Assembly: GCA_030704615.1 (NCBI GenBank)
Contig: CM060734.1
Coordinates: 34,162,001 to 34,226,000, forward strand
DNA from: Takakia lepidozioides
Lineage: Eukaryota > Plantae > Bryophyta
Direction: 5' to 3'
Length of the DNA stretch: 64,000 nt
Shown here piece after piece: positions 47,401-60,009 of this stretch. The notes beneath the pieces were generated by a model. The model ran no database searches. It was not told where the DNA came from and saw only the letters and a program-made list of their open reading frames with translations. Position 1 is the first letter of the stretch. Every line of letters starts with the position of its first letter. Made by a program: the position numbers and the translations under genes.

Positions 47401-47963
47401 AATCCCTTTGATTAATGTGTATGGCTTGCTTTTCATTGAAAGCTTCCTCCTGTCATCTTTGGTGTAACCTTCAAGAAATTTCCCTGTGTTCAGATAGTAT
47501 TTGATTGGCCATTGCCAATCATCTTGATTCTGATCCTAAATATCTTCTGATTCTTCTTTGGTGACTGTATAAGCTCAAAAACTGATATTGGCCAATTCTC
47601 GATTGTTTGTTTCTTCGTTTTCCTTGTCATCTTCTTCTTGTGGATCTGGCTCTTCTTCAATAATAAGTCCTTCATCAAGAGGTTCATCTTCATCTTCATC
47701 CGTGTCGTCCATGAGTTTGAGAGCATCTGGAAGGTCATAGTCTCCTTGAAACATTCCCAAAGCATTTATAGGATCTGTCTCTTCATCTGGTGCTTTTGGT
47801 TGAACAGCAAACAGAAATGAATCGGGAAGTTGATCCTCTACCCCCGTGGCTGGCTCTCTTGTAGTAATCCTTGATAGATGATCTGTTGTAACATGTAATC
47901 TCCCTGGTTTATGAACAACTTCAAAGTCATACTCATGAAGAAATAATAACCATCGAGCAACCC
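41476..47963 (-). mobile_element. Non-chromovirus (Athila/Phygy-like) Gypsy 3' half nested in D2: RH end, integrase, extra downstream ORFs, PPT and 3' LTR (41476-42323)
   Basis: Minus-strand LTR TGATAACG...GGTTAACA (848 bp) preceded by PPT AAAAGAGGGGGGGGG. IN motifs [34 protein letters not shown] end RVARWLLFLHEYDF. Confidence 0.85.
42321..45424 (-). pseudogene. Extra ('env-position') ORF region of the nested Gypsy, broken into 4 frames
   Basis: Consecutive minus ORFs 44900-45424 (LCREFLENY..LAEVFHLP), 44402-44875, 43029-44387 (long coiled coil) and 42321-43028 lie between IN and the PPT. Confidence 0.6.
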
Positions 47964-49525
47964 TGAGAGGGTGGAAAACTACGAGGAAGAGAAGCTAAAG
48001 CAATGCCTAACCTCAGCATGCCCTCATCCCAACACTCTTCCTCTCCTCTCTTCTCTTCCTTCCATGACCATGGGAATATCATGAAGATACTCCTCAAACC
48101 GCCCTCCACGAACTTCGAAATTTGGCCTTCAAGACCACATGCCAGTCCTCAGGCAATCCACCAGTGCCTCCACGAGTCAACACAGGCCATCCACAGGTCA
48201 ACACGGGCCACCACAGACCAGCATAGGCCCACACAGATCACTAGTCACAGCCGTCACAGCCGCACACAGGCCACAGCCCCACAGCCCATCACAGCCCCAC
48301 AGGTCATAGGTCACAGCCTGTCACAGCCCGTCACAGCCTCAAAGGCCACAGGGCACAGCCTATCACTGCCAGTCACAGTCCGTCATAGCCCATCACAGCC
48401 CCACAGGCCACAGGCCACAGGTCACAGCCCGTCACAGCCCCACAGGCCACAGGCCACAACCTATCACAGCCCTACACAGGTGATAGGGTCACAGCATCAG
48501 AGGCCACAGCCTGTCACAGCCTGTTACAGCCCATCACAGCCCCACAGGCCATAGGTCAAAGCCCGTCACAGCCGGTCACAACCCCACATGCCACCTGTCA
48601 CAGCCCATCACAGCCCCACAGGCCACAGGTCACATCTTGTCACAGCCCGTCACAGCCCCAAAGGCCACAGGACAGCCTGTCACAGCCCGCCACAGCCAGT
48701 CACAGTCTGTCACAGCCCCATAGGCCACAGGCCACAGGCTGTCACAGCCCTACACAGGTCATAGGGTCACAGCCCCATAGGCCACAGCCTGTCACAGTCC
48801 ATCATAGCCCCACGGGCCACAGGTCACAGCCTGTCACAGCCCCAAAGGCCACATGGCACAAACCATCACAGCCTGTCACAGCCCGTCACAGCCCCACAGG
48901 CCACAGGGCACAGCCTGTCATAGCCTATCACAGTCCATCATAGCCCCACATGCCACAACCCGTCACAGCCCATCCATGGCCGTTCATGGCAGTTTAGTCA
49001 TTTCTCCAAAGGGTTTAGCCACGCCAAGCTAGGGTTTGTGTCTCTTGGACTCTAGGCTTCTTTGCACCGAGCTATAGCGGCTGTGAGGAAATCAGCAAGG
49101 TATTCTTGCTCTTTATGGCTCCCACACACCACCAATAGTATCTCTAATTCCAAAGGAAGATGTTTGCAACCAAAACTAAGTGCACAAGCTTCATTTTAAC
49201 TCACAAAACAACGCCATTGATCCCTATGGCGACTAACCAAACATGGCTGATTTCCAGCCCTTGTAGGCACTCATTCACGCGCTTTTCTTGACCATAGCAC
49301 GCCCCTTCGCACCTAATCCTGCCCCTGCACCTGCTGCTTCAAGAGTTGTGCTCCCTTCAAGCTTGAAGTTGAAACCCCAACTCACATATGCCCTACAAGT
49401 GCTTTTCTTTCACCCCAAGTGGAAACCAGCCCTAGCCCTTCCATTCTAGCTCTCTAAAGCTTGAAAACAAGAGCCTCAATGGGTTGAAGGCATGCTCCAC
49501 ACATGCCCCACTCTCACCATAAGAG
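47964..49525 (-). mobile_element. 5' internal (leader) region of a DNMT-Gypsy family copy (probably D2), inverted relative to D3 58226-59555
   Basis: Reverse complement of the D3 leader (e.g. GAGAGGGTGGAAAACTACGAGGAAGAGAAGCTAAAGCAATGCC; CATGCTCCACACATGCCCCACTCTCACCATAAGAG). Confidence 0.85.
48240..48975. repeat. Degenerate (GTCACAGCC/CACAGG)n minisatellite in the DNMT-Gypsy leader
   Basis: Dozens of CACAG-core units; the complementary array is at 58770-59310. Confidence 0.85.
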
Positions 49526-49757
49526 TGTCAAGTTATTTTACCACTAGTGTGAAGTTAGCTAGAAAATAGCTAGCTTTTATATATTGACATTTGGGATTGA
49601 CCCAAGTATCAATCCAAGGGCCAATACATGTTTGGGCACCTGACGTTGTTATCTTCACGGCAGATCGCGGTGGGCTCATCTTTCTCGAGTTGAGCCTCAC
49701 CACGTCTAGCTATGGCGCCGTAGTGTGGATTCCCCATGGCGTGGGGTGCACTTGGCT
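49526..49757 (+). mobile_element. Element D4: truncated repeat A of the DNMT-Gypsy family, inserted in the D2-type leader
   Basis: Begins TGTCAAGTTATTTTACCACTAGT with no B upstream, contains GCTCATCTTTCTCGAGTTGAGCC, and is fused at CTTGGCT/CCTGGCT to an unrelated RT. Confidence 0.85.
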
Positions 49758-49759
49758 CC

Positions 49760-51927
49760 TGGCTGCAAGTTTCTGGCAAGTGCCTTTGACAGACCCAGCC
49801 AAGGAAAAACTGCCTTCACCTGCAAAATGGGATTGTTTCAGTTTGAGACCATGCCCTTTGGGCTTTGTAATGCCACTGCAACCGTCCAGCGACTGATGGA
49901 TATAGTGCTTGGTAATCTTCGATGGGAGTGTGCCCTGGTTTATGTGGATGACATTAACGTATACTCTTCTAGTTTTGAAGCTCAGATGGTGGATCTTCGA
50001 AGAGTCCTCTGCAGGTTACGAGCAGTTGGGTTAAAGGTAAAGGCAAAAAAATGTGATCTCTGTATGTCTAAATTACGCTTTCTTGGTCATTTGTTATCCG
50101 CTGCTGGTATTAGTCCTGATCCCTCTAAGATTGCCGCTGTTTGGGAGTATCCAACTCCCATAGATAAAAATTGTATTAGGGCCTTTCTTGGCCTGGCCTC
50201 CTACTATCGGCGTTTTATCATGCTAAGATTGCGCCACTAACACGTTTGTTATGTAAGGATGTCAGGTTCTTATGGAGTGATCATGAACAACGTGCCTTTC
50301 AAAAACTCAAAGTTGCTTTGACCACAGCCCTGTGCTCATTTTTCCCAACTTTGATGAGCCATTTCTTTTGCAAACTGATGCTTCAGATCTGGCTATCTCT
50401 GCTATCTTATGCCAGAAGCGAGATGGGAAGGAGCAGGTTGTAGCCTATGCTTCCAGAAGGCTAGATCATCATGAGCGTAATTATAGTATTACAGAGAAGG
50501 AAGGTCTCGCAGTTATCTTTGGGGTTAAGCATTTTAGGCAATACTTAAATGGATGCTCTTTTGTTGTAGAGACAGATCATCTACTCTGAAAGCTCTAAAA
50601 ACTCCACAAAAGCTCTCTGGCCGCTTAGCTCAATGGGCTCTCACCCTTTAGATCTTTGACTATGATATCCGTTACAAGAAGGGTAAAGAAAACACCAATG
50701 TGGACGCATTAACTTGAGGAAAAACAAAAATTCCAGAGCCTTACACTACGCTTGATGATCTTACATTTGTATCCCATGCTAATGCTGCTGTTCCGGATTG
50801 TGGCCAGGACCTTCTCTCCCTATTTGCAGATACACGGGCTTCACCACCAGATCTTATGTCCACATGGGACCTGATGTCATTTGTTGCCGGATAGATTGTA
50901 CAGGGTGCTGCATGAATTAGTTGTTACTGATGAAGACTGGCTGGTGTTTTCCCTTGTTTACTATTTCTTTTCCTGATTTGGCCTACTATTTTCTTTCACC
51001 CTATCCTTGGGACAGAGCTTGCTCTCAAGTGTCTGCCTGTATTCACATTAGGCTACATTTTTTTTCTAGGGTCTTGCTATTTTGACTGGAGCTCACCAAG
51101 GCAGACACTCCAAGTCAAGCTTGCACTAACCTGTGAGGGTCTTGTCATGTGTGATCCCCTGTACGAGACTCTTCTCCACAAGTGTAGACATCAGTCTCAC
51201 TTACCTGGCATCCTTCCCAAGCTCATGCGACAGGTAAACTATCATGCCCCATCTCATCGGGAACATGAAGGGAAGCTGTTAAAGGTACTCTTGGTTCGAG
51301 GGCAAGAACATGCTGTGGAGGTTCCCAAAAAGAGTTCGGTACTTGTTCTCTTAGAATTATTTCATGCTTCACTCTATGCTGTACATTTAGGGGTGCACAA
51401 GACTGTCAAAAGGTTGAAGAAAAGTACTATTGGAAGGGCCTACATCAGGATGTATCGACCTTCATTCATCAGTGTGTGCCCTGTCAGACTAGAACCCAGC
51501 TACCTATAACCCAAGCTCATCTTCCCCTTCAGCCAATCCCTGTCACTGAATTCTTTGCTCGGGTTGGCCTAGATTTGGTCAGACCTCTCAAAACCACGGC
51601 CAAGGGCAATAGCTACATTGCAGTAGCCACTGATTACCTGTCCAAATGGGTTGAGATCCGGCCTCTGGTTGCTAAGGATAGCGATGAAGTGGCGCAATTC
51701 TTTTTTGATGAAGTCATACTTAGGCATGCATGTCCTGCTGAGATACTTACAGACCAGGGGACCGAGTTTTGCAACCAATTGATGGAGGTCATTTGTTTCA
51801 ACATGGGGATAAAGCATTGCTTGACTGCTCCTTATAATCCTCAGTGCAATGGGCTCACTGAAAGGTTTAATAAGACAATGTGCCAGCTCTTGGAAAATAA
51901 TGGGGCTCTCACGTATGAGTGGGAAAT
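49760..51927 (+). mobile_element. Degenerate Gypsy family 'H' pol (RT-RH-IN, 5' part)
   Basis: Contains MPFGLCNATAT, VYVDD, LQTDASD, YSITEKEGLAV, VGLDL, TDQGTEF and NGLTERFN, with multiple stops and frameshifts. Confidence 0.85.
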
Positions 51928-54900
51928 TGTCGCGGCCCTTTGCCTTGAGGACAGGGGGTTGGGACACAAGAGGGGCTGCCCCTGTGGTGGGGGCAGTGGT
52001 AGCGATAGGTATGGGGGGCTGAAGTACCCTTGAGTGCCCAAGGCACTCAAGGAGGCAGAGGCGCTCACTAGGTGGAGCCCCGCACACCGGGTTGCGGTGG
52101 GGGTGGCTCCACAAGGGGTGGTGGTAGCTTAGCGGGACTTAGTGGGGGTGGCATAGGACTCACCCTGGGGCGGAGACCTCGTGGTGGGAGTCGTGGTGGG
52201 AGTCGTGGGGAGTCTTGGGACTCATCACGGTCCATAGGGGCCGTGGTGGGTGGGCCAAGACTTACCGCGACTCAGCACCGAGAGTCGAGGGTGTTCGTGG
52301 TGGTTTGCCATAAAATGACATGGTTGTTTGTGAAACCCCCGCGGACAGCTACAGAAGTATATATAGGGAGTAGTAACCCCAAGAACGGTGCAAGCCCGTT
52401 GGTGACCAAAAACTAGTGAGTAAGCGAGCGAGCCGGAAAGCGACCAAAGAGTAGGGAGCTGTTCCGGACTGCCAACTACCAAAGGGAATTCCGCTGGTCC
52501 CAAATCATTGGAAGGTTCTTTGGGGGATCAAAGGGGGACCGTTATGCCCCGGTGAGCAGCCGGAGCTCCAAATTGGCCCGGCGGCCAGGTTGGGAGTTAT
52601 GCGCGCGCATCAAGCGAGTAACTATGACTTGAGGAGGGAGCTTACCGAAGTGAGGTGCACGACACTTGGTATCAGAACTTAGAGTTCAGTACGCGATCGT
52701 CCTTGGGATTGGCCTCATCAAGGGGTCGGGCAAGCCAAAGCGAAAGCGGAACGGCCCAAAAGATGATGATCCTGGTGAGCCCGATGGGGGCGACGTGTCA
52801 CCGAGTCGGCCGTTTGAGGAAGCGATGCATGTTTCCGAAAACGAGGCCGCTCAAGAGCGGGAGGAATCTGAGGAGTCTGAGCCTGAGGAATCCCTGAGAG
52901 CTCCGACCGACCAACAGATGCCTCCCATGCCGGCAGCCTTTTGGGAAGGGTTGTTGGCGCAATTTGGTGGGACGTTGAAAGACGTGTTGAAGGCGGCTAA
53001 TGCCACTTCCACTAAGGCAAAGTTTAAGGTGAAGCCTAAGGAACCCGGCACCTTCGAGGGCGTCCGAAATCGGAAGGCACTCAACACCTGGCTCTTGGAG
53101 CTAGAGCGGTACTTCCGGGCGGCCAAGTTGAGTGACGAGGATCGGGTGGAAGTGGCTCCCACCTATTTGAGGGGCTATGCTCAACAATGGTGGCAGAAAC
53201 GCCTTCACGACCGAGGTCCAAGCCCGGAAACCTTGAACTGGAGTGGGTTCAAGGAATTGATGAAGAGGCAGTTCGTGCCCCTCAACGCGTGCTGGCTCGC
53301 CCGCGACAAGATGAGGAATTTGAAGCAAACAGATGACATTCGGGGATATGTCCAGACTTTCAATGTGCTGTTGCTCGAAGTCGGTCAAGGTAGGCAAATT
53401 TTCTTGTGAGTTGTATCAGGAAACTGGCGCATTACGTAAAGGGAATCAGTTATTGTTCGTGGATGGGATAATATCCGGAACTAATGTGTCGTTGTTGGTG
53501 GACACAGGAGCGTCGCACTCCTTCATGACACTGGCAACGGCACAAAAGCTGGGACTCCCGACAAGTGACGTGGGGGCCTCTATTGAGGTGCGTTCTGCCA
53601 AAAGAGAACATCAATTGGCGACATGTTGGCGTTTGATGTTCCTCTTCAACTAGGGAGTTGGGAGGGACGTGAAAATTTCACCATCTGCGAGATCGATGGA
53701 GTGGATCTCATTTTGGGGATGACCTTTTTGAGCAAATCCGGAGCGGTCATAGATGGCCGCAAGAGAGTAGTCACGCTGCCATGTGGGAATGATGGCGAGG
53801 CCTTACGACTGTCGGAAACGCCCAAACCCGTGGGATGGCGAATAAACCTTCTGTCAGCAAGGGAGTGGGCTGTGGAGGAGGCACACGAGCCCCAGTTTTT
53901 GCTCTACATTAGAGAAGTGAAGGGAGAAGGCGATGGGGAGCCCAAGCCCAGATTGGATCAAGGGGATTTTGGAGAAATACCAGGATGTGATGCCGGAGGA
54001 TTTACCAAGCGGCTTGCCACCGCGAAGAGGAGTTGACCACAAGATTGAGGTGATACCGGGATCGAAACCGCCTGCCAAGGCGCCCCCTACCGGTTGAGCC
54101 ACAGAGAGTTGGTCGAGCTGAAGACTCAGCTCAAAGATCTAATGTCAAAGGGGTACATCCGGCCGAGTAACCTTACGGAGCCCCGGTGCTATTCGCAGAC
54201 AAGAAGGATGGGACGCTGTGGATGTGTGTCGATTACAGGGCTTTGAATAAGGTGACTATCAAAAACCGGTACCCTTTGCCAAGGATCGACGACCTTTTTG
54301 ATCGGTTGGCAGGAGCGAAGTATTTCAGCTGGATCGATCTGCGCTCCGGCTATCATCAAATTCGAGTGGCGGAAGGAGATGAGGAGAAGACCGCGTGCAA
54401 GACAAAGTATGGTTCATATGAGTTCTTGGTGATGCCTTTTGGACTCACCAACGCTCCCGCGATCTTTAGCACGCTGATGAACAGCCTTTTCCAGGAGTGG
54501 TTGGATGACTTTGTGATCGTGTACATTGACGACATCTTGGTGTATTCGAAAACAAAGGAGAAGCACCTGGAGCACCTCAAAAGGGTGTTCCAGAAATTGC
54601 GGGAGGGGAAGCTGTATGCCAAAGCTTCAAAGTGCAAATTTGGGATCACAAAAGTGGAGTTCCTGGGGCATGTGATTACACAGGATGGGATCAGAATGGA
54701 TGACAGGAAGGTGAGGGCAATCTTGGACTGGGAGCCTCCGACTTCGGTCCCGAAGTGCGATCCTTCCTAGGACTCACCTCCTCTTACCGGAAGTATGTGA
54801 GAAATTTTGCCAAGATCGCGGGACCGCTATCAGACCTTCTGTGTAAGTCCAAAGTCTGGGCATGGAATACCTTTTGTGGCCAAGCTTTTGCTGAATTGAA

Positions 54901-55456
54901 GCAGCGGATGGCGGAAGCTCCAGTCTTGAAAATCCCGGAGTTCAATCGTCCGTTCGAGATTCATACAGATGCATCGGACTTCGCGATTGGGGGTGTACTG
55001 ATGCAAGATGGATGTCCAGTGGCTTACGAAAGTAAGAAACTGAATGAAGTGGAGCAACGGTGGCCGACGCACGAGAAAGAGATGAAGGCGGTGGTGCACT
55101 GTCTTGAGCTTTGGCGCCACTATGTTGGTTCCAACCCAGTGAAGGTGTTCACGGACAATGTCACGGTGAAGTATTTTGCCACGCAGCCCAAGTTGTCCCC
55201 AAAACAACTTAGGTGGCAAGATACTTTGGCGGTGTTCGACGTGGATATCCAGTACAAACCGGGACGGGACAACGTGGTGGCCGATGCTTTAAGTAGAAAG
55301 CAGCAGCTTATGTTGGTGTACAGGGGCGAGACGGCGCTCCAAAGGAAGATCCGGAAGGCTTGCCGGAAAGATGAGCTGGCGAAGTCCGTGATGCAGGACT
55401 TGAGGATGGGGGTTAAATCGCAGTTCCACTTGCAAAATGGATTGCTACACTACCAG
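51928..55456 (+). mobile_element. Chromovirus-type Gypsy 'C': 5' LTR (51928-52664), tRNA-iMet PBS (52667-52678), gag, PR, RT, RH; integrase missing at the breakpoint
   Basis: LTR TGTCGCGG...GCACGACA; PBS TGGTATCAGAAC. Gag WLLELERYF..LRGYAQQWW; PR LLVDTGASHSF; [18 protein letters not shown]; RH IHTDASDFAIG. GAAAT lies upstream at 51923-51927. Confidence 0.9.
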
Positions 55457-56080
55457 CAAGTGATCACAAATCAAAACAAAGCCAATCCAAAACAATTTGT
55501 CACAATGCTGAGAATCCTCAGCAGCAGGGTCCTCCGTCGCACGCCGCTTGCGAGGTGTGAGAATCACATGCCGATTTTCAACATTCAGACATATAAGGTC
55601 AAACTGCAAACGAGAGGGGACGAGTTGAGACACATGAACTGTGTCCTTGAGCGCAGCAGTGGAGGCATGTTGGGGTAACAAACGATATTGCCTGCCAGGA
55701 AGGATCTCTGCAATCAAATAGGGCCCATCAATTCGAAGCTTGGCCTTGGAAACCTGCTTGCCAAGTTGAAGACGAACACACACGGTCTGGCCGATAACAA
55801 AACTCTCAGAGTACACCACCCGTCGGTTGTAGTATTTGGCCTGGGCAACCTGAGCCACTGCAATGTTGTGCTTGGCAGTCTCCCTCAAGCTCAACCTGTG
55901 AGCAGTCAGTTGTTCCAAAAACAGATCCCAATCGGGAGGTTCCTGCACTTGTATCTGTAAGACAGGGACATGTAACGGGGTCCTAGCCTTTCTACCATAC
56001 AATAATTCAAAAAGAGAGAATCGAGTGCTAGCATGAACGGAAGTTCTATAAGCAAAGATAAGCACATGCAAGGTGATTTC
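55457..56080 (-). mobile_element. Inverted continuation of the family 'H' integrase C-terminus
   Basis: LHVLIFAYRTSVHASTRFSLFELLYGRKARTP...IDGPY on the minus strand, starting with the GAAAT TSD copy (ATTTC at 56076-56080). Confidence 0.8.
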
Positions 56081-56802
56081 TGTCGCGCACCTCACTTCGG
56101 TAAGCTCCCTCTTCAAGTCATAGGTACTCGCTTGATGCGCGCGCCTAACTCCCAACCTGGCCGCCGGGCCAACTTGGAGCTCCGGCTGCTCACCGAGGCA
56201 TAACGGTCCCCCTTTGATCCCCCAAAGAACCCTCCAATGATTTGGGACCAGCGGAATTCCCTTTGGTAGTTGGCAGTCCGGAACAGCTCCCCACTCTTTG
56301 GTCGCTTTCCGGCTCGCTCGCTTACTCACTAGTTTTTGGTCACCAACGGGCTTGCACCGTTCTCGGGGTTACTACTCCCTATATATACTTCTGTAGCTGT
56401 CCGTGGGGGTTTCACAAACAACCATGCCATTTTATGGCGAACCACCACGAACACCCTCGACTCTCGGTGATGAGTCGCGGTGAGTCTTGGCCACCCACCA
56501 CGGCCCCCTATGGACCGTGATGAGTCCCAAGACTCCCCACGACTCCCACCACGAGGTCTCCGCCCAGGGTGAGTCCTATGCCACCCCCACTAAGTCCCGC
56601 TAAGCTACCACCCCCTTGTGGAGCCACCCCCACCGCAACCCGGTGTGCGGGGCTCCACCTAGTGAGCGCCTCCGCCTCCTTGAGTGCCTTAGGCACTCAA
56701 GGGTGCTTCAGCCCCCCATACCTATCGCTACCACTGCCCCCACCACAGGGGCAGCCCCTCTTGTGTCCCGACCCCCTGCCCTCAAGGCAAAGGGCCGCGA
56801 CA
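56081..56802 (-). repeat. 3' LTR of element 'C' in inverted orientation, with its PPT at 56803-56818
   Basis: Reverse complement of 51928-52664. On the minus strand, TGTTGGTAGGGGTGTG precedes it and GAAAT follows it. Confidence 0.92.
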
Positions 56803-58769
56803 CACACCCCTACCAACAGGGAGTCGATGTCCTCATCGGCTTGTCCATTTTGTGGAAACAAACATCCAAGTTGTGGCGTCCCACATCAAGGAGTTGTTTC
56901 CGTACCATGGCGTCCCATGTGTCAGTTATTTACCACTAGTGTGAAACTAGCTAGGAAATAGCTAGCTTTACATATTGACATTTGGGATTGGCCCAAGTGT
57001 CAATCCAGGGGTCAAAGCAGATTTAGGCCCTGGAGTGGTTATCTTCACGGCAAGCGCGGGGAGGCTCATCTTTCTCGAGTTGAGCCTCACCGCGCCTAGC
57101 TATGGCGCCGTAGTGTGGATTCCCCATGGTGTGGGGTGCACTTGGCTTGACTTGTATTTGAGTGATGAGGTTATATATGCATGAGTTTATGCTTCAGCTT
57201 TGTGAGCTCGCATGAGCTTGTTTGTATTCTTCTTCTTATCACTCGAGAAAGATGAGCTCGTATCTATGAGTGCTAGATACGAGTTAGTTGTAGCACTTGT
57301 GGTTTTGCTTGAGAATGAGAGAAACCAAGTTGTTATGCAAGAGCACCGTGGAGCTCTTGGTTGTTAGAAGCGGAGGCGATGTGGGTTATTACGAGGTGGT
57401 AAACCTTGGCATTCGATCTTCAGCTTCAGAGATGAAAGCACCATACTGTAGGTAATTCCAGAGCACCTTGATGGTTTCAGATTGTGTACATGCATGAGCA
57501 AGCACGATTGGAAGAGGACCAGTCAAGAGCAGGTTATAGTGGCTTTGGTGGCAAAGCTGAGAACTGGACTTGGGAATGCGAGCTTTGTGTGAAGGATTGC
57601 AAGACCAAGCGAAAGGGCTGATTTGGCTTGGGGCAAATCAGTGCACTTTGTGGAGTATGGTGAGATTGGGTTTCAATCTCGAGCTTCAGCATTGAGAGGG
57701 CTCTTGTCATGGCAAGAGCAGGGCTGGAACAGGAGCTAAGAGGTGCGGCAAGGCCATGGAATGTGCACCTAGGGTTTCAGAGCTTGGAAGAAGAGCTCTT
57801 GCACCACAAGAGAAGTGTCTTGTGGCTGGAAATGTAAGCCTTAGGGTTTCAGGAGCTTGGCAAAGGCTGGAGTGCTTAGTCTTGTCTTAGAGAGCATCAA
57901 GGAGCCAAGGAGCCAAGATAGGGGGCTGATATCTCTTGTGTGAAGAGGTTGCATGTGTGGAGCATGTATTCAGCTCATTGAAGCTTCCATCTTCAAGCTT
58001 GGAGGGCAAGCAAGGAAGAGGGAAGGGCTGACTTCCCTTATGTGAGGGCAATGTATGTGTGGAGCATGCTATCAGCCTGGTGAAGGCTTGCACTTTTAGG
58101 TGTGGGAGTGCAAGAAAGGAAGGAAGGGGCTGGTTTCCCTGTAGGGCATGTAGAGCATGCTTTCAGCCTGCTGAAGCTTGTATTTCAGGTTTGTGGGTGC
58201 AAGAAATGAAGCAAAGGAGCTGATTCTCTTATGGTGAGAGTGGGGCATGTGTGGAGCATGCCTTCAGCCCATTGAGGCTCTTGTTTTCAAGCCTTAGAGA
58301 GCTAGAACGGAAGGTCTAGGGCTGGTTTCCACTTGGAGTGAAAGAAAAGCACTTGTAGGGCCTATGTGAGTTGGGGTTTCAACTTCAAGCTTGAAGGGAG
58401 CGCAACTCTTGAAGCAACAGGTGTAGAGGGCTGGAATAGGCTCTAAGACAGATGCTATGGCCAAGGAGAGTGCTTGAATGAATGAGTGCTCACAAGGGCT
58501 GGGAACCAGCAGGGCTTGGTTGTTTGCCATTGAGTTTAGTGGCGTGTTTGGGGAGGCTAAGTGAGAAAGAAGGCTTGGTTTGTGGCAACCACCTCATGGC
58601 TTAGGGCTACTATGGTGGTGTGTGGGAGCCGAAAGAGCAAGGATACCTTGCTGATTTCCTCACAGCCACCATAGCTCGGTGGAAAGAAGCCTAGAGTCCA
58701 AGAGACACAAACCCTAGCTTGGCGTGGCTAAACCCTTGGAGAAATGGCTAAACTGCAGAGCGGCCCCAA

Positions 58770-59310
58770 GCTGTGTGCTGTGACTGAGGCCTGTTGTGAC
58801 AAAATGAGCTGTGAGCTGTGGCCCAAGCCAAACAGGCTGTGACGGGCCCTGTGGGCCAGGCTGTGACCAGGCCTGTGATGACGGGCTGTGGGCCTGTGAT
58901 GTTGTGTGAGCTGTGACGGGCTGTGACAGGCTGTGATGGGGCTGTGAAGGCTGTGTGACAAAGGGCGCTGTGACAGGCCGGGCAGGCTGTTCTGATGGGG
59001 CTGTGACAGGCTGTGCCCCGACGGGCTGTGCTGTGACAGGCTGTGAGGCTGTGATGTACCTGTGACGGGCCTGTGCTGTGACAGGCTGTGAGGGCTGTTG
59101 GCTGTGAGGCTGTGGGCGGCTGTGTGAGAGGCTGTGACAGGCTGTGCCCCCTGTGACAGTGACAGGCTGTGGGCCTGTGAGGGCTGTGTGGGGCTGTGAG
59201 GCTGTGAGGGGCTGTGACAGGCCGTGCCCCGGGCCTGTTGTGAGGTGAGTGACAGGCTGTTGGCTGGCCGGACTGTGACGGCTGACCAGTGAGCTGTGGG
59301 CCTGTGCTGG
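58770..59310. repeat. Degenerate (GGCTGTGAC)n minisatellite in the D3 leader
   Basis: CTGTG-core units; complement of 48240-48975. Confidence 0.85.
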
Positions 59311-60009
59311 TTGTGGTGGCCCGTGTTGACCTGTGGACGGCCTGTGCTGACTCGTGGAGGCACTGGTGGACTGCCTAAGGACTGGCATGTGGGAAGGCCG
59401 AATTTTGAAGCTCGTGGAGGGCGGTTTGAGGAGTATCTTCATGATATTCCCATGGTCATGCAAGTGAGAAGAGAGGAGAGGAGAGTGTTGGGATGAGGCA
59501 TGCTGGGGTTAGGCATTGCTTTAGCTTCTCTTCCTCGTAGTTTCCACCCTCTCATTAGGCCAAGACCTTTCCGTAGGTGGAGGCAAGAGTCAGTCCGGGT
59601 TTGGGCTGGGGTGTCCTTGCAGGAGCAACACCGTGGAGTTGTTTTTGGTGTGGGGGAGTTGTCGTTCTGATTTCTTGTGTTTGGATCCCCTCCATACCTG
59701 CATGCTTGACTGTGCGCCATGCTAGTTTTGTGTGGGCGCTTGTTTTATAGGTGATTGGTCCGGATTTGATCACCGGCCAGTCCTAGAGCATGCTGTCGAT
59801 GGTGAGGCTGGGTGATGACCAGCCAGACCATCATTGTTTCTCCTGTGGTGAGGTTGGAGGTGATGACCAGCCAACCATAGGAGTGCTTGCGGTGGATGCA
59901 GGTACAGGTGTAGGCTATGTTAGGAACTTAGTATTCCAAACCATAAGCCGCAACAGGTCTCTACCCGGTTACCTTGTGGAGAGGGGGTTAGGGACATGTT
60001 CATGACCGG

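Noticed and set aside
48003-48554. ORFs 48003-48554, 58714-59463 and 58728-59363 as genes
   Set aside because: They are translations of a stop-poor CACAG minisatellite, with frames not conserved between copies.
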